From Selaginella moellendorffii (taxonomy: Eukaryota; Plantae; Lycopodiophyta), in the NCBI RefSeq assembly GCF_000143415.4, contig NW_003314336.1, positions 299,296 through 363,295 of the forward strand: DNA of 64,000 nt, written 5' to 3'. The notes under the pieces were generated by a model. The model was not told the origin of the DNA. It saw nothing but the letters and a program-made list of their open reading frames with translations, and did no database searches. A program made the position numbers and the translations under genes. Positions 52,110-64,000 of the stretch are shown one piece after another; positions within the stretch are counted from its first letter, which is position 1; each line of letters opens with the position of its first letter.

Positions 52110-53400
52110 AACATCGGTGATCTAACACCACCTACATCACAGTCCTGTCTCTCAAAGACTAAGCCATCTGTCCATGAATGATCATTCCAGATACATTCCT
52201 TAGCATCCTTAGGATGCCCACGAATATGGGGAACAACCTTCCCCAATATCCCTTTTCTAGTCCCTACCAAGTCCCTTTCTGTCCATAGTCATGTTCACCA
52301 ACATTACCACTAGGTCAAAGCTCACAAACCTGACCACTAAATCCTATTGTCCTCTAGGATTTCCTCACCATATGACCGTATCTTTAGTCACTACACCAGA
52401 GGACTGCTCTTCTTCATTTCCATAGTTCAAGACTTTGGGATAACATTTTGCAACACCATGGTCGTACGTGAATTTCATGGGTACTCTCCCCATTTTCTTT
52501 CTGCCTTTGGGTGCTTTAGCCATGGGGCTAGAGCACGGTTCCATTGAGCCACACTAAGTATCTAAGTAGGTAGTGCCACCCACACTTGGATTGGGAGCAT
52601 TGACCATGGCTTTCGTATAATAGCCTGTATTAGTATTCGGACTCAAACTCAAACTTAGACTTAGACTTGGACTCGGTCTCAGTCTCGGTCTCGGTTCCAT
52701 TTCAGACTCCATCTTAGGTCCATCTCAGACTCATCTCGGGTCCATCTTGGACTCCATCTTGGGTCCATCACAAACTTCATCTCGGACTCCATCTTGGGTC
52801 CATCATAAACTTCATCTTGGACTCCATCTTGGGTTCATCACAAACTTCATCTCGGACTCCATCTTGGGTCCATCTCGAACTCTATCTCAGGTCCATCTCG
52901 GACTCTATCTGGGGTCCATCTTGAACTCCATCTCGAACTCCATCTTGGGTCCATCTTGGGCTCCATCTCGGACTCCATCTCAAGTCCATCTTAGACTCCA
53001 TCTCAGACTCCATCTCGGGTCCATCTCGAGTCCATCTCGGACTCCATCTTGGACTCCATCTCGGGTCCATCTCAGATCCATCTTGGACTCCATCTCGGGT
53101 CTATCTCGGACTCCATCTCGGGTCCATCTCGGACTCCATTTCAAGTCCATTTCAGACTCCATCTCAGACTCCTCCACCTATCATGTGTTAGTCCTCTTGT
53201 GTCTCTTTTTTAAAGACTCAATTATTGCTCATTTCGTGCTCATTTCGTGAGCACTTTGTTGGGAGTTCCACTCCCGCTCTCAACTTTTTGAGTCAAAGCT
53301 TGTAGTCCAAATGTGTTACACTCATTTGGTTTCCTCTCAGCCACTACCACGTGGCACCCTTTCAGCTCCACTTTGGGACCTAGGGATTTTGTGTCTCATA
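52110..53400 (-). mobile_element. Partial, internally deleted family-A LTR with expanded hexamer array
   Basis: Homology to 29298-30782; ends ...gtgtctcata. Confidence 0.85.
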
Positions 53401-54370
53401 ATGATAAAATGCTAATGCCATATGTGGATGATATATTAGACAAGTTTGATGAAACATGAGTGTTTACACAAATTGATTTAAGGAGTGGATATCATCATAT
53501 TGTAATGGATGATACACCTATCTCCGAGATAGCATTCAACACAAGCTTCAAACATTTTGAGTTTACAGTTATGCTTTTTGGTTTGACAAATGCACTAGCC
53601 ACATTTACTTGGTTGATGACGGAGGTATTTGAGCATTATTTTCATGAGTTTGTGGACATTTTCTTGGACAATTTTTTTGTTTTCAGCAAAAATATGGAGG
53701 AGTATAAGGTGCATTTAGGCAAGGTTCTTTTGTTACTCTGTGACAACAAATTTTATATGAAAAAGAGCAAATGTGAGTTTGCAGAGTTCAAGGTGGAATA
53801 TCTAGGCCATATTGTGACATTTTAGGTTGTCAAAATGGATCCAAAGAAGGTGGCTATGGTGGAAAACTACCCTACATCAACTATTGTGGCCGAGTTATAT
53901 AGTTTCCTTGGTATGGCTAATTACTACTAACATTTCCAATATAAGTTTGCGGAGGTGGCTATTCCTTTGACATGGTTGTTATGCAAGAAGGTACCATTCA
54001 AGTGGAAGAAGTCACAAGAGAAGAGTTTTATGGCATTGAAATAATTGTTGAGTGAGGCTCTAGTGCTTCATATTACTGATCCATGAAAGCCTTACGAAGT
54101 GACATGTTATGTGAATACTTATACACTGGGAGGAGTTCTCATGCAAAATGGACAGTCTATTGTATATAAGAGTCAAACTTTGAATTTTGTGGAGCAACGC
54201 TATTCCACTTATGAGCAAGAGTTGCTCTCTATTATTCATGCTTTGCGAACATGGTGGCATTATCTTTAGGGTGCAGTGTTCATGGTGTTAACAGATTACA
54301 AACCACTTGTGTATCTATTCACACAAAAGGATTTAAACACTAGGCAAGCTCATTGGATGGTCAAACTTAT
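53401..54370 (+). pseudogene. Old Gypsy RT-RNase H fragment of a more divergent family
   Basis: FTQIDLRSGYHHI, FEFTVMLFGLTNA, VEYLGHIV and YEQELLSIIHALRTWWHYL, with many stops. Confidence 0.85.
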
Positions 54371-54399
54371 AGAGTTTGGGGAGTTGCAAAACCATACTT

Positions 54400-55840
54400 A
54401 ACAGATAATGCTAAGATTTGGTGAAGAATAACAGAAGCTAACGAAGGACTGGTGGCCACTTGGGACGTGATGAAAGCAAGGATTTGTGCAACTCCAAATG
54501 CTACTCTACACCTAAAAAATGAGCTCAATAGGCTAAAGCAAGAACCATTCAAGAGTATGTGAATGAGGTTATGATCAAGAGGATCCTTGTTATGGATATG
54601 AGTGATATGAATGCATTCCATGCCTTTATATCAAGGTTATAGACTTGGGCTTGAGGCGAGGTGATGCATTGAAACTCAACCAACTATAGGGAAGCATTAG
54701 GTGCGGGAGACCAAACTGATTGGGTAAGTCATTTGGGACTTGCAGAAATGTGTTATAACAACTCACCACACTCGAGTATCGGGGTGAGTCCATGGGAAGT
54801 CATCAATGGGTGAGCTATTGAAGGTCCTGTAGAACTCGGCATGGCCGAGTATCATGGAGAGTTACATGTACTTGAAGCATTCACGGCAGAAAGGCTCAAC
54901 ATTTGGAATCTAGTGAGGGATTCCTTGGAATGGGCTCAATAAATGCAAACCAAGTATGCGAATCAAAAGCGCTGGGAAGTAGAGTTCCAACCTGGGGAGA
55001 AGGTGTGGCTGAACACCAAGAACCTAAGACTACCAAGTGGGATCAACCGGAAGTTGACCCAAAGGTAAAAATGCATGTATTCCTGGAAATGAACTGATCT
55101 TGAGTTCCTTAAGCAGGTTCGTGGGGCCTTACGAGATTGAGGCACGAATCAGTAAAGTGGATTATCCTCCGATTTCCTCGAGAGATGGGGAAGATGCACT
55201 TAGTGTTCCATGTGAACCTACTCAAGCTATACTTTGAGGATCCGCTTCGCAAGGACCAAGTGAGACTTTTACCTTATATCCAAGGGGAAGAGGAATACAA
55301 AGTAGAAGCCATCGTTAATGCATGCAAGAGCAAGCAACAAGGGCATGAGGTGAGAAAGTTCCATGTGAAGTGGAAAGGATTCCCACACTGCGAAGAAACA
55401 TGGGAACCGGAGGAGAACCTAGCAAATGTGCGAGATCTAATAGAGGAATTTTTGCATGGCAAAACTTTATGTACTTATGCAAAGTTTAATTAAAAGTATC
55501 AATTTGTGAAGTTGAGCAATGGCATATGTTAGGACTCAAAGGTGTGCCAAAAGTAAGCTAATTAACATGGGTTAGCTAGTCAACCAAATGTAAGGAACTA
55601 CGCCCGACTCTCCGCAGGGATGTCAAATCCATAGACGTATTCTATGGAGGTTGGGTTCGAGTCCCAACCCCCTAGTAAAGCAAGGCTAGGTTCAAGTCCC
55701 GACCCCATACTAGGGCGTGGTGAGGTGAGGGGTATAGGGACACCTATATTCCGTTGTCATAGGCTCTTGGCCGGGGAGGCTAACTTAAACACATTGCTAA
55801 GTGGGGGGATGCCCTCAGAGACTTGGTCAACAAGTTGTAA
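54400..55840 (+). mobile_element. Deleted family-C copy: gag fragment joined to integrase C-terminus, intron 2, chromodomain and 3' UTR
   Basis: Matches 8400-8710 and 12385-13500. Chromodomain EEYKVEAIV...FHVKWKGFPHCEETWEPEENL. Confidence 0.9.
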
Positions 55841-56120
55841 GAAGACATAGCATCGCAAATAATCCTCTAGCTTCCATTTGTCCGTCTGTCAAGAAGTGTT
55901 AGTGCCATCAAACTTGACTTAATACCCAATATCTGTCTGTGGGTGATAGGCTGTGTTGAATTTCAACTTGGTGCGATACTGTTTTAAAAGAGTTCTCCAA
56001 AACCTACTGATGAAGATCTTATCTCCATCTGAGATGATCTTTTCTTATCTTCCCCGCACTCAAACCACTTATTTGAAGAATAGCTTCACCACACTTTTCG
56101 CATCCACTTCCATTGTGGTG
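55841..56120 (-). mobile_element. Family-C integrase core fragment containing intron 1
   Basis: Reverse complement reads ...TAYHPQT|intron 55886-55932|DGQ.... Confidence 0.88.
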
Positions 56121-56220
56121 NNNNNNNNNNNNNNNNNNNNNNNNNNNNNNNNNNNNNNNNNNNNNNNNNNNNNNNNNNNNNNNNNNNNNNNNNNNNNNNN
56201 NNNNNNNNNNNNNNNNNNNN

Positions 56221-57060
56221 CAAAAAGGTTTAGGCCCCTCAAACTTGGCTTAAACCCCAAATTTTTTTTGGGGGGAAAAGGCGGGGTGAAATTTCAACTG
56301 GGGGGGAAACTTTTTTAAAAAGGTTTCCCAAAACCCCCGGAGGAAGATTTTTTCCCCCTTGGGGAGGATTTTTTTTTTTTTTCCCCCCCCCCAAACCCTT
56401 TTTTTGAAAAAAAGTTTCCCCCCCCTTTTGGCACCCCCTTCCATTGGGGGGGGTAAAAAAAGGCCCCTTTTAATTCAACCCCCGAAAAATTTTTTCCCTT
56501 TCCCCCCAAAGTCCATTTTCCCCCCCCCCCAAGGCCCCTTGGTTTCATTTTGGAAACCCCCTGGGGGGGTTCCTTCAAAAGGGGTTCCGGGCCCCCCCTA
56601 TCCCTTTTAAATTTTGGGAACCCCTTGGAGGCCCCCCCCCCCCCCCCCCCCCCCCTCCCCAGGAGACACACGCTTTGGGCTTTCACCCCTCAATTTGTAT
56701 TAGTACTTGAACTCGGTCTCGCACTCGATCTTGGACTTGATCTCGGACCTGACTTCGGACTCGATCTCGGACTCGATCTCAGACTCGACCTCAGACCCGA
56801 TCTCGGACTCAACCTCAGACTTAGTCTCGAACCCAATCTTGGATCTTGGACTCTGTCTCGAACTTGGTCTCGAACTCGGTCTCGAACTCGGTCTCAGAGT
56901 CGGTCTCGAACTCGATCCTAGACTCTATCTCAAATTCGGTCTCAAAATCAGTCTTACACTCGATCTCAGACCCAGTCCCATCCAATAAACTCTTTATCAT
57001 TTCGGTCATGCTTTTGGGGATCCTTTAACCTACGACACCTTAAGGAGTTAGTTCTTTACA
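56221..57060 (-). mobile_element. Family-C LTR; first ~430 bp is low-quality sequence
   Basis: 56655-57060 matches LTR-C and ends ...TTCTTTACA. The upstream part is a homopolymer-blurred version of the same LTR. Confidence 0.8.
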
Positions 57061-59740
57061 TATATGTGATCCAATCCCTAGCTCAAAGTTACTTATTACA
57101 AAGGCAACTTTGGTAGAGAGTTATTTGCGACATCTACTAGCCCTCCGAGGGAAACTCTAAGGTAGCTTTGTTAAGATCCTTATTGATACAAGTGTTTCGG
57201 ATAATTTTGTGGCTGTAATTATAGTCTGGCAAGCCAAAATAATGGTGTAGTGGTTGGGTGAACCAAGGACTATAAAGCTTGTTCAAGGTAGCCAAAGCAC
57301 CAATGAAGTACTTCGATAAACAAGATATAAGCGACTAATTTTTCCATTTTACTTTAGTCACTTAACCACACCTTCGACCACTTGGAGGAGTCTCCCTCAC
57401 AACCTTCGTAAGTCCTATTTTGGACTTGGGCTTACTAGCCCCGAGAATGGCATCCCCGCCACTCAACTTGGTCCAAGTGCTCCACGTGTCCGATCCCATG
57501 ACCGACACCCCAAGGTACCACCAACATATCAGCCTGTTACGCTAAGGCCATATCCATTCACCTTGGTCACAACGATGGTCTGACACCACCTGCGTCCCAG
57601 TCCTGTCACTCAAAGATTAGGCCCTCTATCCACGAGTGATCATCCCAGATCCACTCCTTAGCATCCTTAGGATGCCCACAGACATGGGGATTAGCCTTCC
57701 CCAATATCTCCGTTCCAGTCCCCACCAAGTCCCTTTTCGTCCTTGGCCATGCTCGCCAATACTGCCACTGGATCAAGGCCCACGGGCCCGACCACTAAGT
57801 CCCATTGTCCTCTAGGACTTCCTCCTTGTGTGACCGTATCCTTGGTCACCACACCAGAGGACTACTCCTCTTCCTTTCCACAGTTTGGGACTTTAGGACG
57901 ACATTTCGGAACACCGTGGCCCTACGCGGGCCTCGTGGGTACTCTCCCTGCCTTTCGCCTTTAGGTGCTCTAGCCATGGGCTTAGAGCGAGGTTCCATTG
58001 AGCCACACCAGGTATCCAAGTAGGTAGTGCCACCCACACTTGGACTGGGAGCATCAGCCAGACGATCTCCCAGGGGAACTAGAACCAGCTCTTGAACACT
58101 TCACCAAGCTACCCCGCTTGTCGGTCCGTGTTCACTCTAGTCTTGGACTTCCCAGTGGTCAGCTCATCACCCAACACTAGGTGCAGCATCTCTGGGCCAA
58201 ATTGGCCTTTCCTGGCCAGACTGGCTCCACTGTAGTCCTCCCTCTACTATACTTTTGGAGCTCACCAAACCCCCCAGGGTCTGGGAGACGAACGCTTTGG
58301 GCTTTCACCCTCTCAGACTCGAACTCAGACTCGGACTTGGACTTGGACTCGGACTCGGACTCGGACTCGGACTCGGACTCGGACTCAGACTCGGACTCGG
58401 ACTCGGGCTCAGGCTCGGGCTTAGGCTTGGTCTCGGTCTCGGTCCCGATCTCGGTCTCGACTTCGGACTCCATCTCTGGTCCATCTCAGACTCCATCTCG
58501 GACTCCATCTCGGGCCCATCTCGAACTCCACCTCGGGTCCATCTCAGACTCCACCTCGGGTCCATTTCGGACTCCGTCTCGAGTCCATCTCGGACTCCAT
58601 CTCGGACTCCACCTTGGGTCCATCTCAGACTCCACCTTGGGTCCATCTCGGACTCCATCTCGGACTCCACCTCGGGTCCATCTCGGACTCCACCTCGGGT
58701 CCATCTTGGACTCCATCTCGAGTCCATCTCGGGTCCATCTCGGACTCCATCTCGGATCCATCTCGGACTCCATCTCGGGTCCATCTCGGACTCCATCTTG
58801 GGTCCATTTCGGGTCCATCTCGGACTCCGTCTCGGGTCCGTCTTAGACTCAATCTCGGATCCATCTCGGGTCCACCTCGGACTCCATCTCGGGGTCCTTC
58901 TCAGACTCCACTTTGGACTTCAACTCAGGCCCATCTTGGGTCCATCTCGAACACTTCCACGTGTCATGTATTGGTCCTTTTGGGTCCCTTTTTGGATCCT
59001 CGCTTATTGCTCACTTTGTGCTCATTCCTTGAGCACTTTGTTGGGAGTTCCACTCCCGCTCTTGACCTTTCAAGTCAGAGCTTTTAGTCCAAACGTGTTA
59101 CACTTGTTTGGCTTTCGCTTCGGCCACTACCACGTGGCGCCCTTCCGGCTCCACTTTGGGCCTAGGGATTTTGTGTTTCACACAAGGGTCGAAGTAGGGA
59201 CATGGAAAGTGGACATGGATTTCACTATGTTAGACATGGCAGGATTTAACATAATCTTTGGGATGGATTGGTTCAATCAATTCATAGTAACCTTGAACAA
59301 GGTGAGAACCTTGTGGTACTGGTGAATGCTTAAGGAGAACAATATAGGATGGAGGCTCAGGATTTAAAGGTAGGGCAATGTAAAGCCAAAGGCTCCTACT
59401 TGAACCTAGTGTCTATAAAAAGACAACTCATTAAAGGAACCAAAACTGCATTTTTTTATTTACTCTCAATAGGGAGTGACAAAACAATGGGAACAGAGGA
59501 AATACCTTTAGTGATACAATAGATGTTAAATTAATTTCGAGATACCATGCCATGCCAGAGGAGTTATTGGCAGGGTTACCCCCTGCATGACTAATAGAAT
59601 ATAAGATCGAGCTAGTCAAAAGTGATAAGGCAGTGGTTTGTCCTCTTTATAGGTTGAACGAAAATGAACCTAAGGAGCTCAAGCGCCAACTTGAGGAATT
59701 TAGTGGATAAAGGGTATGGTAGGTTGAGCAAGTCACCGTA
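57061..59740 (+). pseudogene. Family-C protease to RT-start fragment split by a solo LTR-A
   Basis: 57061-57325 and 59183-59740 are colinear with ~9075-9890. Confidence 0.85.
57326..59182 (-). mobile_element. Solo LTR, family A (1857 bp), TSD CAAGA/CAAGG
   Basis: Runs TATAAGCGAC...GTTTCACA. 5-bp flanks have one mismatch, and the host protease sequence continues across the insertion. Confidence 0.9.
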
Positions 59741-62700
59741 TAAATTCCATAGCCCAAACTTGGCCACTAGTCTTTTGCTCCTATCCATTGATTGTTGCAT
59801 CAAGCAACAAAAGATCACTACCTCCCTCTTTGAGGTATTCTTTTGGTTCCATGACAAAGCTCCACTTCGCCAAATTCAGAGGGTGCTCACCCTTAGTAGG
59901 CCTCTTTCGCAACTTCTGCTATGGGCCCCTTCCATGGCCCAACATTGTGACCCTCCCATAGGTCCTTTCTAGAGACTACTTTCTTGAACTCACAATACCA
60001 TTGTATCGTCGTAGTTCATTTCCCTTATGTGTCCTTCCCACTTGGTCACCTTGACCAAGCCACACCATTATCAATAATTCAAATCAATGCTTTGAACTAG
60101 GAACCTTGTTCCTTAACCTTAAAAGGACCTTGTCCTTGTTTAGCCATACGATCACCTAGTGATCTAATCTTGACACTTTAACAGGTTTGCCAATAGGTAC
60201 TAGGTCTCCCAGACCTTTAACTTGTTGACTATGACCCCGGGGGCATCCCCCACACTTGGCGGTGTGCCCAAGTTAGCCCTTCCGGCCAAGGGTCCATAGC
60301 AACTGAGACTGGGTGTCCCCATCTCATTCACCACATCCTTGGTGCCACTCGCACCAAAGTGTTCAAGTTAGATCTGCCGAGCCACACTAAGCAATCTAAC
60401 CGTGTATCACGACTCCGGAGCATCCCCCGCTTGGCGGTGTGCCCAAGCCAGTCTCTTCACTGAGAGTCTATGACCACCGAAATATAAGTGTCCTCATATT
60501 CCAAACCATCACCATGCCCTAGTGATTTGGGACTCAAACCCAAGCACTAGATGGTCGGGACTCGAACCCAACCTCCGTATATGCATCTATGGACGGCATC
60601 ACCCAAGATGCCTGGCGTGACTCATCACACCGGTGCACCAATTTATACTTAAAGTGCGTTATAGATCATAGCTTAGGAACCTAATTCCTCCACACTACCA
60701 AGTCCTCTCACTTGACAAGTTTATGATCATACATGGACTCCTCCATGCTTAGCCCCATGGCCCACCCTTTTTGAAGTTATCACCTTCACCTAGGGTATTT
60801 GTTCCCCCGACTTGCCAATCTCACTTGGCAAGTCCTCCGACCACTGTAACATGGTTTTTGCATAAGCGTGAAAGTCCTTGACCATTGACTTTCGTTCAAA
60901 TCCCTCTCTTTGAACACTCGGGAACTACTTCCCTAACCTTGATAGCCTTGCCTCATGGCAAGTTTCAAGACCACGCTTCTGCTGCGCTACTCTGATTTCG
61001 CGCGTTCCATGAACCATTTACACTTGGCCTTTCTAGGTACTAAGCTACCTAGAATCATCTTTGGGAACCTTGAAGGAACTCTGTCCCTTAGCTTGCTAAG
61101 GCCTCCCTTTTCGCAAGCTTTATAGTTGCCATATAGTCTAACATGGATAATTCCATATTTTAGACTCTCCATGGCATCACAGTTGCTAGCAACAACATCC
61201 TTGAGCACCCTCTTGATTCTCCACTCCCAACTTACATAACCACCGTTGGATATGCCCTTCGATTTCTATGGTTCAATACTATTTGCCTTTTGGCCCCATA
61301 TGTTTCCTTTGGTTATTCTCCTCCAGACTAGGAGGATAGCTTTGCATATTTTACTATGCCTTAGCAAATATTCTTAGGGATAAACCTACTCGATAGCCTA
61401 GGGAGTGGTTCCTCAATCTTGGGCATGCTCACCTTATAATCCCACACATCGGGATTAACGTTGCTGCTTATGGGCCTTTACATGCCCATCACTAGCCTTG
61501 CCAAAATTCCATTTTTGGCTTTGTCCAATTCAGGTAGACAGTTTCCTCCTGTCTCCACAACCTTGGACATTTGGATAGCACCTAGTATCCATCATTCGCT
61601 AGGGACTTAGTCCCTTGGGCCTTATCTATTGCCCTTGCGACACGAAACACCACCTCCTAGTGTTCTAGAGTGTTTGGGTGTCCCAATGATGGCCTCCTGA
61701 CAATGAGCATTCCCATTTACGACATTGACTTACTATATCGCAACATAAACAATTTATCCCCCATAAGGGTATATCTAACTTCTTTATGCCATTAAGAAGT
61801 CTTGAGTAACTACCTTCTACCCATTTAACTAATTATCTTGCACCTCTTGCTTAGTTGCCCCATGGTTGTCAAGTCTTACAATTCATTGTTTGGTGCTTCC
61901 ACACTTCCATCATTATCTGGGTCACCACACTCCAACCGCATGCCTTCCAGCTTAGGCCATGCCATTCCCGCTTCCATTGGGATTCCCTTGGCAAGGGGTT
62001 CTTATAAACCCACCATCATAAACTCAAGGTATCACACTTTAGCACATTTGGTGTCTCCACACCATCGACTCTACGAGCCTACCCTTATAACACTACTTAT
62101 TAGTGTCTAGGTCTTGCCAAGACCAATATAGTTGTTCCTCATGCTAACTATCTGTTAGCACCGCACCATAGTGTATGCACCCAACTCTGGGCCAAAGTTG
62201 CTTTCTTCTTGGAACATTTTTCCCACAACTTTAGTATGGCACATTCTGCCATCAATGAGATACCTACTGTTCTCATACTTGGATTTTATGATCCTCCCCA
62301 TACCTCATGGGGCACCATACACCTCAGTCTAAATGCTCCAACCAATCCCTTATGACCATTCCCTGACTCCGCTTGAGTCATTTAGCATTTTGGACTTTGC
62401 TAATCCAACAACCTACAAGGTCTCAGTCTTAGAGGTGCCAACTCACTGGAATACAACTTCTTGTATTCATGTCCTCCTCACAAAGACAATCTTTGCAAGT
62501 GTTACTCTGACACTTGATGATTTTCTTGGGGCTAACCTTTGCCCCTTAGGACTACTTGTCCATGTGATGAGAATAGCAACTCATCTTTAAGTACACCCCC
62601 AACTCCTTGGGTTGTTCTAGCATTTATTAGAGGTAGCTTCGGCTACCATTTCAAGGACTGGTGTCCTCTTCTGTATTTGACCTCCCATGGTCAACAATTC

Positions 62701-64000
62701 CGGTCTCAAATTTATGAGTACCAGCCTCAACCATATAAGGGTAATCTTGTGACTCCTTTATTATTTTGGAGTCTACATCTTTCCCGTGATCCCAACTATA
62801 GTTGTTTACCACAACTACATTAGCTCGTTTGCTACATCAAACGCTCATCTGGATCACATCCTCAGCTCTCTGAGGAAACCCTTATACTGTTCCCAAGATC
62901 CCAAAGTCATTCCCTTACTGGCCCTTTTCCATCCACCATATCGTGCACAAGTTCATGCATGAACTTGAGTGGAGAGCCATGTCCTTTCGACATGCTACTC
63001 CTTGAGGATAGGTCCATATCTAGAACCTTCCGATTCCAATACAAGCGGTGATATACTTGGCCACCAATAAGAGTCGGACTAAGGAACAGCTCTGATACCA
63101 AGTTGTAAGCGACTAAATTTTCCATTCTACTTTAGTCACTTAACCACACCTCCAACCACTTTAAGGAGTCTCACTCACAACCTCCATAAGTTCTATTTCA
63201 GACTTGGGCTTGCTAGCCTCGAGAATGGCATCCCCGCCACTCAACCTTTGCACTTGATCTAAGTGCTCCACGTGTCCAATCCCATGACCAACACCCCAAG
63301 GTACCACCGACATATCAGCTTGTTACGCTAAGGCCATGCCCCTTTACCTTGGTCACACCAGTGGTCTAACACCACCTACATCACAGTCCCATCTCTCAAG
63401 GACTGGGCCATCCGTCCATGAGTGATCATTCCAAATCCACTCCTTAGCATCCTTAGGATGCCCACAGACATGGGGAATAGCCTTCCCCAATATCCCTTTT
63501 CCGGTCTTCACCAAGTCCCTTTCTACCCATGACTGTGTTTGCCAACACTGCCACTAAATCGAGGCCCACAAGCCCGACCACTAAGTCCTATGGTCCTCTG
63601 GGACTTCCTCACCACTCGACTGTATCCTTGGTCACTACACCAGAGGACTACTCCTCTTCCTTTCCACAGTCTGGGCCTTTGGGACAACATTTCGGAACAC
63701 CGTGGCCCTACGTGGGCCTCACCCCGCCTTCTGCCTTTGGGTGCTCTAGCCATGGGCTTAGAGCGAAGTTCTGTTGAGCCACACCAGGTATTCAAGTAGG
63801 TAGTGCCACCCACACTTGGATTGGGAGCATCGGTTAGTCGATCTCCCGGGGGAACTAGAGCCGGCTCTTGAACACTTCACCAAGCTACCCCGCTTGTCGG
63901 TCCGTATTCACTCTAGTCTTGGACTTCCCAGTGGTTAGTTCATCACCCAACCCTGGGTATGGCCTTTCTGGGCCCAACTGGCCTTTCTTGGGCCAAACTG
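59741..64000 (-). mobile_element. Family-A non-autonomous LTR element: internal region, PBS (63089-63100) and 5' LTR (63104 to window end)
   Basis: GCTCTGATACCA is the reverse complement of the tRNA-iMet PBS TGGTATCAGAGC, 3 nt from the LTR end. No long ORF in the internal region. Confidence 0.9.

Noticed and set aside
56221-56655. Unusual homopolymer-rich sequence
   Set aside because: A blurred version of LTR-C between a gap and a poly-C run, typical of poor Sanger read quality.

Overview
Eukaryotic land-plant genomic DNA, most consistent with the lycophyte Selaginella (inferred from ~50-60 nt introns, very compact GC-rich genes and the repeat landscape). A five-gene host island at ~38.5-48.6 kb (Mpv17/PMP22-family protein, NBP35, DDI1, an intronless CAMK/PPCK-like kinase, methionine S-methyltransferase) is flanked by two piles of nested transposons (1-37 kb and 52-64 kb). 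These include a Sola-like DDE transposase, three LTR families (my labels A, B, C), a 393-bp TRIM, and a decayed PIF/Harbinger transposase beside a COG2 gene fragment. The most notable signal is that the chromodomain-bearing Gypsy (family C) has two short spliceosomal-type introns (47 and 52 nt) inside its integrase coding region. Each intron occurs at the same position in two separate copies, and removing them restores the canonical HPQTDGQTE and KLxxRFxGPY motifs. Also notable are a 7.36-kb non-coding LTR element with apparently identical LTRs and a perfect TSD, a tRNA T-arm-like hairpin shared between the 3' UTRs of two families, and a promoter-like module shared by all three LTR families. 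There are three assembly gaps (13501-13984, 16022-16121, 56121-56220). All calls were made by eye, without database searches.
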